From Lytechinus pictus (Eukaryota), in NCBI RefSeq assembly GCF_037042905.1, contig NC_087251.1, positions 6,510,001 through 6,574,000 on the forward strand: DNA of 64,000 bases. The letters run 5' to 3'. Positions within the stretch are counted from its first letter, which is position 1. Each line of letters starts with the position of its first letter. The notes under the pieces are model-generated. The model was given only the letters and a program-made list of their open reading frames with translations, was not told the origin of the DNA and ran no database searches. The position numbers and the translations under genes were made by a program. Shown here piece after piece: positions 51,848 through 61,352 of the stretch.

Positions 51848-54566
51848 CATGTATCTCAAAGAACGGTTATTATCCGGAGAAGTTATTGGAAGATGCAACT
51901 CTTTTTCAAATGGAATTTCAATCCATGGAACCATGCCGAGTTCTTGGGATCTCGGGATGAAAAATGTTTGGAGAATTCAAAGCATCTCAAACGAAGAGAA
52001 GTGGGTGGTTTATCTGGATAGCTCAATCGTACAACCAAAGCATACAGAGCCATGTAGGCCTACATTGTTTGTGGACAAAGATGATACATTATAAGCCTTC
52101 CCACAAAGCTGTAATTAAGGAGGATCTATGTTTTTAATTTCAAAATATGAGCAGCCATTCTGATTCTGAATTTGAAAGAGAACACCCACACAAGAAAACC
52201 ATATGAAAAAATGAATGTTTGTTTTAACGTTAATACACTTTTTAAATTCAACTCAGCCTGTACCTGCAGGTTCAGTGATATTCCTCATACTAGTAAAAGA
52301 TTAAGCAATACATTCAAAAGTACAGGTTGCCAATCTTAGTGCTTTATTCAACCATCATTATTCAAACTCATCAATCAACTTGAATCAAATCTATCATAAA
52401 CCAAATATTATATTTGAATGAGTACTGATTACATTTCACCAATGAATTTAAGTGAGATAGTCATTCCATAAGACAACAATGCTACATCGTACGTTCCTAA
52501 AGTTCTGCAAAAATATTCCAGTAATCAATTGTACTGTCAAGAGTTATCGCTACTTGCTATTTTTGAAGACCAAAGAGTATTCATGACATTCACACCTGAT
52601 AGATAATGGGTTCTACTTCGTGGAAGATACAAGGAGAGGGTAGACCAACAAAGAAATTCAAGGTTGACAGAGTTCATGAGGGCAAAAATGTCATTCCCAC
52701 AACTAATGCTTTACAAAAGCCTTCATTGTTTTAAACATCAGTGTTCTTATGCACAATCCTGATTTCAACTATTGTATCTACATGATATGCATTATTTGGT
52801 TCATTAAACAGATCGGGAATAAGATAACGTGACAGACAAATTTGTTTTAAAAATACATGCATTTTGTATTTGGGTGCACACTCTTTATAGTCACATTAGG
52901 GTGAAAACCTCGAACACACAAATGATCTATTTTAAGATCATGAAGTTGGCAACATAAACCTAAATAATATAATAAATAAAGAATAACATTTCCCCCTTTC
53001 ACTTGGTTGAAAATGTCAGTTCATCTGCTCTGACAAGGTGTACATGTAGTAAAAAAGAAAATTAAGAAGAAGAAGAAAGTTCATCTTTTGTTAACTTTGT
53101 TTGTCTCCGGTGTCTGATATTTCATACTGAATTATATTCCTAAATAAACTTTGTATAGCTTTGAAGAAAGAAGCACGAAAATTAAACAACCAAGTTGGAA
53201 ATAAATACACAAACCAAGAAACAATATAGGTGATATATAGGACCTGATTATCATTTGTAAAGGTTAGAAAAAGTACATTCTACTTCTGCTACACAAATAT
53301 AGTCAGGTGCCAAAATCAAATAAATCCTTTGACCAAAAAGCAGGAAATTTTCACAGTTGGTGACCCATAGTGTGTCCTTATCCATTTCACAAATATGTGC
53401 ATTAGCAAGGTCTGTAAACATCATTCCTAAAGTATGGATTATAATATAAACTTAAAAGAAACAAATAATCTAATCTTACAAAGAATTGCTTTTCTCACAT
53501 GATATAATATCTGACATTCTGAAATGACAAGGCCTTGTTGGCTAAAATCTGTTAGCTAGTCCTTGTGATTTCACTTCACCACAAGGTTTTGAACTTGAAA
53601 GTCCACGGTAACTGACCATCAAATAAGACCTACAAATATTGTCGGATCATAAGTGACCCCTTAGGAATGTGACCTTTAGGGTATGTATACCAGTACATAC
53701 CATATAACCCAAATTTTAGATTAACCTTTTATATTTGTATGTCCATTTTAGATAGTTATTGTAGGACCTTCTACTTGTATGCTCAAGAAATCTGAAATCA
53801 AATGTTTTATGAAAAGTTGTATAAATAAATACTTTATTTGTATTGTGATTATCATTGCAAACATCAAAGTAATCTGCTTGAGCCCTGTTTAACATAACAA
53901 GAGTGTTTAATACAGACTTTGGTCTGGGATTGAATGAGTCTACATGCAGCTGTCATTGTCACAGCAATAATCTAAGGATTTTTTAAGGGTTTTCTACCAA
54001 GTTTCAAAGAACCATGCAAGAGCAATATTCAAAATACAGATAGAATTTTCATTTAAGGAGAATTGCTTTCTTGCATTGAATCATCAAATTCTATGAAAAC
54101 ATTGTAATGATAAACTATAGTAATAAATGATGAAAGCGGTGCCGGTACCACAAAATTTCTAGTGCGAAATATTGCCAGTATTACTCCACAATGGGAGTGG
54201 GGCAAGCTTCGATTGTAATGCAAATGAACAGGCCCAGTATGAGGATTGAATCACAGCCTTTGTGTACCCTGAATAATAGAACCCCACATTGATGACATTC
54301 CAGAGGGTGCATTTATGCCTACTGAACCATGCATCGTAGCATGACAAAGTAAAATGCGATTCAGGTGCGTGGAGGGGAAGAAAAAACATGGTAAAAAAGG
54401 AAGAAATAAATGCGGTTGTTAGCAGACCTGCTTTCTTGTAAACCTCAGACGATTGTTGAACCTTGACCTCTTCCCCTATTTTTATTATTCAGGAGACATT
54501 TTAAAGGAAGAATCACAATTCTAGAGCAGAATATGTACAAATAGGTTTTACAGCTTTGATTCTTAT

Positions 54567-55157
54567 AGGTCAAGTCCATCCCAGAAAAACGTTGAAAACA
54601 GAGAAAAATCAAAGTAGCATAACGCTGACAATTTCATCAAAATCAGATGTAAAATAAGAAAGTTATGACATTTTTAAGTTTTGCTCATTTATCATTTTTC
54701 AGTTATATGCACAACTCAGTGACATGGAAATGAGAGTCGATGATGTTCCTCACTATTTCTTTTGTTTTTTCTTGTTTGAACTATACAATATTTCATTTTT
54801 ACAGATTTGACAAAATAAAGACCAACTTGGCCGAACCATATAGTATTAAAACAATGCTAATTCCACATGTTCAGGGAGGAATTAATCTTTGTTTCACATT
54901 AAAATGAAGAGAGAATTAGAATATTTCATGTTTCATATAATAAAAATACAAAAGAAATAGTGAGTAGAAGCAACATCAGTCTCCTCATTTGCATACTGAC
55001 TAGGATGTGCATATGACTATTTTGTGAAATTAAGCGAAACTTAAAAATGTAATAACTTTCTTATTTTACATCCGATTTTGATGAAATTTTAGTGTTATGC
55101 TTGTGGGATTTTTCTCTTTTCATTCAAATCAACCTTTTGTTGGGGTGGGCTTGCCCT
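54567..55157. mobile_element. Kolobok-like MITE of a related subfamily
   Basis: AGGTCAAGTCCATCCCA...TGGGGTGGGCTTGCCCT|TTAA; shares AATTTCATCAAAATC motifs with family A. Confidence 0.72.
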
Positions 55158-56496
55158 TTAATTTTGATTGTTCCATACTTAACATTTTACTGTTCTTTCA
55201 AATTAGGCCTAAATCCATTTTTCTTTTTTATTTCTCATAGATGAAACTGACAAACAGAAATCTAGACTAGACATGTCTTACATGTTTGTCCATAAGATAA
55301 GAATGCCTCAACTTTCTTTTAAGACACATACCAACCTAATCTCCTACTACTATTAAATTGATTTAATATTATTGTTTCATTATAAAGTGTTGATACAAAA
55401 GACTGATAATAGGGCTATATACAACAAAGCAAATATTTTATGAAGTAAACCTCATTTCCACCAACAGTAAAGCAATGAAATGGCTAAATCTGAGAGCAAT
55501 GTAGTGGCCTATTTAATATTTAAATGAAAACTGTAGGATACAATGGAGTATTGTTGTACAATATCAATATCTTGTGAGTTGTGGATAAATAATTGATATG
55601 TAATTTTGTTTTTTTAGAAATGAAAATAAAATAAAAGAAACTGTAATTGTTAATGATTCTGCTTCATTCTGGCTCTTTTTTTTTGTGTAAAATGTATACT
55701 ACAAAATGAATTTGGGGCAAAGACACTGCCCATTTTTTAAAAATTGGTTATGTCCTTTGATCTGTGGATTCTGAATTTGATCATGACCTGTAATTCATTC
55801 TGATGTACAGTATGCGGACTTCACACCAAAACTATGAAAATCTGTCAAATATTTTTCAAATTTTCATGGAAAGAGGCATGTTTGAACTTAATGCTTCTCA
55901 AAAAATGCTCTATAGTACAAACAGAAAAATAGTAAAAACAAAAAATTACATTTTATATTTGAAACCAAAAGTGCATAATGGGGACTAAATGAGGAATATA
56001 AACTATAAAGCGATGTCCTTGATAATGTGGTAGAAAATACTGTTTTTCATGGGTTCTGCTATATTCAATTGCTTTCTTAACATTTAACACAACATTCAAA
56101 ATACACTTTGCATTTGGATGATTTTTATATTTCTCACAATGTATATTTTGGGGCAGTTTAACAATTAATTGCAAATGGTTTTCCTTGTATAAGCTATTAA
56201 AGATTAGGTACATTTTATTGCAAAAGTAGACCTACAGATATCATTTCTCATAAGCATAAAAAATGATAGCTTTTTCATTTTTTTTTTCAAAATCTTTGCA
56301 AGCTAAAGTTTCATTAAGCTAGAGTATTATTTAATTAAGTCTAGAGTTTGTTTTCTAAACAAGATCAATGCTAATAAATATAAATGGATACCTTTGTAAT
56401 AACATAAAGGGACGGTCAAATCAATAGCCAGCAATATACTGTACGTGTAGGCATCTGTTTTCTGTCCCATTTCTTGATATGAAGAATTACATTTAA

Positions 56497-56695
56497 GGGC
56501 AATTCCATAAAATAATCAACCTTTTTGTACATCCAACCTCCATTTTTCTCAAGTCTTACTTCACTTCATAAGCTCGTCGAGTCATGGTCCTTTGAAAACA
56601 TTACAGACTGTCAACGGAACAAGAAATCAGAGACAGAAAATTTCATGAAGGTCCAAATGTAGGGGGTCGGATGTACATATTTTATGGAATTGCCC
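56497..56695. mobile_element. Short Harbinger-like MITE
   Basis: TIR GGGCAATTCCATAAA; TTAA on both sides. Confidence 0.75.
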
Positions 56696-56699
56696 TTAA

Positions 56700-56775
56700 G
56701 CGTCATGAGGTCTTGTGGTTAGAGTATTGGACTCATGATTGAAAGGTTGTGTGTTCCAATGCCAGCTCGGCCATT
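56700..56775 (+). mobile_element. Degraded tRNA-derived SINE head
   Basis: GGTCTTGTGGTTAGAG A-box-like and GTGTTCCAATGCC B-box-like segments. Confidence 0.4.
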
Positions 56776-57257
56776 AACTCATTAAAAAGGCCAGAAGGTA
56801 ATTTCGGTTGTCTATTTAAGGTCAGTCTTTATGACAGAACTTTAATAGAGGTAAAATGTTTCCTACACCAACTTGGCATTGATCTGGCAGAAAGCTGTTT
56901 TGCAAAGTTCCTACAGGGGTTACTTCAACAGAAACAGAAGTAGAAAATTAACACACAACACATGCCAATTACGGTTAACCATTTTATCTCAACTAATATC
57001 ACTTCTACATTGTACATCTGTCCTACTTCCATTGATGTTGCTGCTGCTGACGATGATGATCACCATTATCGTCATCACCATCATCATGGTAAGGAAGATA
57101 AAAAACTAGAAGTGAACAATGATGAAAGTAGACTTAGGTAATTAGAGAACAGATAACACAAGATTTTCAGGAAAAAAGTTCAGTTCAGTAGCTGCTTAAT
57201 GGACTTAAACAAAACATCAAGTTGTAAATCAATAATCAATTATATAATACAATCACA

Positions 57258-57795
57258 ATGATGATGAAGCTGAGTTTTGCTGACGTAAAATGACAATGAC
57301 AGCAATGATTATTTTGATGAACGATGAAAATGATGATGATGACAATGATGATGATAATGATGGTTATGTTGATGGATGATGATTATGATGGTGATAATTA
57401 CGGTAGTGATGATGATGATGATTAAGTGATGATGATGACGATTATGTTGATGTAGATGAATGATGAGGATGATCCGATAATGATTATTATTAAGTGATGA
57501 ATGATGATGATGACGATGATGATGATCAATGATGATGATGATGATGATGATCAATGATGAAGTTGATGTAGATGAATGATGAGGAGGATCATCACAACAA
57601 TGATAACGATGATGACAATGATAATGATGAAAACGATGATGATAATGATTAAGAGATGGATGATGATGATGGTAATGATGATGATTATGCTGATGTAGAT
57701 GAATGATGATGAGGATGACGATGATTATGTTGACAATGATGATAATGAATGATGAACATGATGAATGATATTAATGATGATAGTTATGTTGATGG
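57258..57795. repeat. Imperfect (GAT)n microsatellite
   Basis: Directly visible. Confidence 0.95.
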
Positions 57796-58243
57796 TAGAC
57801 CAAAAGCTTCAGTCTCTGTTATGTTGGTTGTTCAGCTGAACTCCGTTGGCTTCACTCACCAAATACAGAGACCGAAGTTCTAGCGCGATCTGTACAGGGG
57901 ACTCAATGGCCATATGTTTATGTACTTAAGAGCGGATAAAACGGGGAAGTGAATTTGCGCGACAGCCGAGGTAAGTCACTGTTTTTGTTCCTTTTAACTT
58001 GATTTTTCTCTGTTTTTTGGCAATTAATGCCAAGAGGGAATATTAATTTGCATTTTGGTCGCGTTAATTTTCAAAAATTTTATTCATTAAAGACAAAAAT
58101 TGAAGAGCCCCGACGGGGGGATTTTGCATTGCAAGTCCCCTAATGGTGGCTGCACGATAGCGAGCCGTCTGTGTACGAGGAGAAATAAAAAAAATAAAAA
58201 AATGTTAAAAAACTCCTCGAAACAGACGGCTGCCAGCTGTCTA
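57796..58243. mobile_element. TAGAC...GTCTA element with 9-bp TSD (Academ-like); inverted copy of its left end at 58274-58311
   Basis: TSD TGTTGATGG at 57787-57795 and 58244-58252. Confidence 0.65.
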
Positions 58244-58580
58244 TGTTGATGGATGATTATATGATTACGTTGATGAACAACCAAAATACAGAGACTGAAG
58301 CTTTTGGTCTAACTCGCACTCAGCTTCAGTATTAAAACACACCCTCTGCCGTTCCTTCGGCATAGAAACATTAAACGAGTGCTCTCTCTCTCTCAGTTCC
58401 CATTTACTCCGCTTCCAAATATAACACCCCGGCATTAGCCAGGCGTCGCATACTACCAGTGCAGTACCACCACTGGCATGCCGTGACTGCACTGCTGCTA
58501 TTGAGTGCTAAGAGTAAGACCTATATACGAAACACCTGTAAAATGATCCTCTATTTTACTAAATTTCTCCTTAATCTTAC

Positions 58581-58780
58581 CGAAATTTGTTGATGTGAAT
58601 GATTCCAAAGTATAAGACGACAGATACCACAGTACCCTTATACACTTGTCCACAAAAAAATATAATCATAAATCGTTGTAGGACTCCAAATTCGACAGGT
58701 CCTAATAGAAGTAAACAGTCGAGTCTTCGCTGCGGCTGTGAGCTGGCTGTATAATGCAGCAACGATAGCTAGTCAGCTAG
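58581..58780 (-). other. Putative non-coding first exon of the FRMD6-like gene
   Basis: Donor CGG|GTAAGA at 58581/58580 at the edge of a CpG-rich tract; 5' end approximate. Confidence 0.55.
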
Positions 58781-59020
58781 CTCGCAGGAACACGGTTTAC
58801 CCCAAAGTTTACCCAATTTCACCGTACATAGCATCACCGGCGACCAGCTTCGAAATAGTGATGTGTATTAATTTTTAACGAGAGGTGGCGTAAATGATTG
58901 AAAGTCAGCGGTAAAAGGGGAGGTGACTGGTGCCAAAAGATTCAAAATTTGGCGTCGGAGCCAGAGTGAGCGACCGGGATGCGGGCCGGCGCGAACGCTA
59001 GCTCAGCTCATTGAAAGAAG
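58700..59020 (-). promoter_or_regulatory. CpG-rich putative promoter of the FRMD6-like gene
   Basis: Local GC/CpG enrichment against the AT-rich, CpG-poor intron; adjacent to the donor above. Confidence 0.5.
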
Positions 59021-59021
59021 T

Positions 59022-59302
59022 CAGGCGCGGATCCAGGGGGGGGGGGGGAGGGAGGGAGGACACAGGGGGCACGTGCCCCCCCCCCTTTTGAGAAGAAAAT
59101 GTAAAATTTGTAATGTAAAAATGCCATTGAATTCGAGATGTGCCCCTCTTTTGACATTGAAGACCCTTTTTTTTCGGGTACGAAATATCCTTAATTTGTG
59201 GTTGAAAACCTTTTTTTTTTTTGGGGGGGGGGCCTGTCAAAATTTTCCTCAGAAAAATTATTTGCCCCCCCCCCCCTTTGGAAAATCCTGGATCCGTCCC
59301 TG
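59022..59302. mobile_element. hAT-like MITE with poly-G/poly-C arms
   Basis: CAGGCGCGGATCCAGG...CCTGGATCCGTCCCTG; flanks AAAGAAGT/AAAGTGGT. Confidence 0.72.
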
Positions 59303-59852
59303 AAAGTGGTTTATAACATTAGCACGGAAGCAGGCAATCAGTTTATTGAAGTTACAGAAGCACTAGCTGTTTGAGGGTGATGTTCCATGCAGGGAAAACT
59401 GAATAATAATTGGTGTTGAAAATATATTGCTTGGAATATTTTGTGTTTTACAAAGCATTGATTTTTAATATAAATATGTGAAACTATATACACTTTGGAT
59501 ATAATTTGACAATTCTATAAAGTCCTTTTTCCGAAAGCTGAGCATAACAAGGGGTCAAACCGTAAAGGGTCGGTGGCCAATTAAGAACTACAAAAATTTC
59601 CTGCTCATAATATGATATGAACAGGCAGTGGCGTAGTAAGGAAAATTTTTTGAAGGGGCCAGATATGGCATTTCAGGCAAAATTTTTTTTTTTTTAACAA
59701 GTGTCGAGCGAGCGAGCAAAATTTCGAAATTTTTATTATAAAAATCTAATTTTGTGATAGATTTTTTTGACAAAATATTAAGAAAATATCATATTTCGCC
59801 CGTCTCTCTTTCCTTTTCTCTTTTTTTTTTCGTGGTCTGTGAACAGACGACG

Positions 59853-61011
59853 CACAGTGGGCCGGGGCGAAACGAAAGTGCGCCAAAAGTTATTTTGGGC
59901 AATTTCAGATTTTTAATTTTTGTCATGCCCAGCTGAAAGACAACACTTTGAAGAATACTTCAGCAAAATATTTCTTTCCGGAATTTGCATATAGGTTGTT
60001 AATTTCCTACCTCAATTTGTAAAATGTGACATTTTGCGAAATGCCGCGTAAATGACAACCTAGTTGAAAAACAGGCCATTTCACAGGTAATTTTTTATAA
60101 AGAAAACTGAAGTGGCTCCCACATAATCCTGATATATTATTTTTTCGTGTGAACGGGTTCTAAGTAGATAAAAGACACCTTTCAGGAGGTTTATAGGATA
60201 ATTATTCCTCGAAATAGGCTGATAATCCATGTTTTTTGCATTTACATAAGAAACGTTTGTATTTCCGTGGATTTCCGTCTAAATTCTATCAGCATCATTT
60301 TCCCCGACGTCTAAGCTTTAAGTCGATACCAAATTTAGCTGCCCGTTTTTGCCCGTTTTTTATGTTAGAGCCAATTTTACTTGACATATCACCCCCAAAA
60401 CGGTCATTTTTATACCGCGCAGTCATCGCAGCGCATCGTACGGGGTGTACATTGCCGTTCATTTTTGCACGGCGAGGACGATTCCCCTTCCATTTCATAA
60501 AAATGACATGAATTCCGGGTATAATGTAAACAAAATGATGGTTGATAACGCATATAAAGGCTACCCACCCCTCTTCCAGAGATAAAAGTTACTCGTAGAA
60601 TAATTTTAGCCCAAAACCCTCCACAGTTTTATAAAGCACCCTTAACATTTTTCAGATTTTAAAGTATTTTTTTCAAATCTAATGATCATTTTGATGCCAT
60701 AAAATTATTTTCAGGATCTCATACACACTTTTTAGGCATGTGAGAAGCATAAACCAACATTCACTCTGGTTAACCTTGAAGTAACACATAACACAAAGTT
60801 TATATACTACACATTTTTTAGCGAAATTTGTCTTTTCACAGATAGGTTTTGAGTAGCCAATCAAAATTTGATATAAGGGTGATGTCATATCGGCTTTAAA
60901 TTATGTTCAGTCGATTCCACGACCAAAATTACCCTTAACCAACATGTTAAAGTAAAAATTTAACACGGAATATAATTTTGGCGCACTTTCAACTCATTCT
61001 GGCCCACTGTG
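59853..61011. mobile_element. Non-autonomous Transib-like transposon, full copy
   Basis: CACAGTG termini; bipartite ~40-bp TIR; perfect 5-bp TSD CGACG (59848-59852, 61012-61016). Confidence 0.88.
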
Positions 61012-61016
61012 CGACG

Positions 61017-61352
61017 CACAGTGGGCCGGGGCGAAACAAAAGTGCGCCAAAAGTCATTTTGGGCAATTTCAGATTTTTAATTTTTGTCCTGCCCAGCTGA
61101 AAGACAACACTTTGAAGAATACTTCAGCAAAATATTTCATTCGGGAATTTGCATAAAGGTTGTTAATTTCCTACCTAAAATCGTAAAATGCGACATTTTG
61201 CGAAATGCCGCGTATATGACAACTTAGTTGAAAAACAAGTCATTTCACAAGAGGTTTTTATTGTAGGAATCTGAAATGTCACCCACATAATCCTGATATA
61301 TATTTTTTTCGTGTGAAAGGGTTCAAAGTAGAAAAAAGACACATTTCAGGAG
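61017..61352. mobile_element. Second, truncated Transib-like copy, head-to-tail with the first
   Basis: Starts CACAGTG directly after the shared CGACG; similar to 59853-60188; cut at CAGGGGCG (61353). Confidence 0.85.

Noticed and set aside
51537-52094. 185-aa plus-strand ORF
   Set aside because: Starts at TTG inside a degraded MITE, has no recognisable domain and is antisense in an intron; likely chance.
56700-56775. tRNA gene
   Set aside because: No convincing cloverleaf and a degenerate B box; better explained as a SINE head.
57309-57554. His/Ile-rich ORF
   Set aside because: Translation of the (GAT)n microsatellite.
60236-60511. Short ORFs inside the Transib-like element as RAG1/transposase remnants
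   Set aside because: No recognisable RAG1/Transib or RAG2 motifs; the element appears non-coding.
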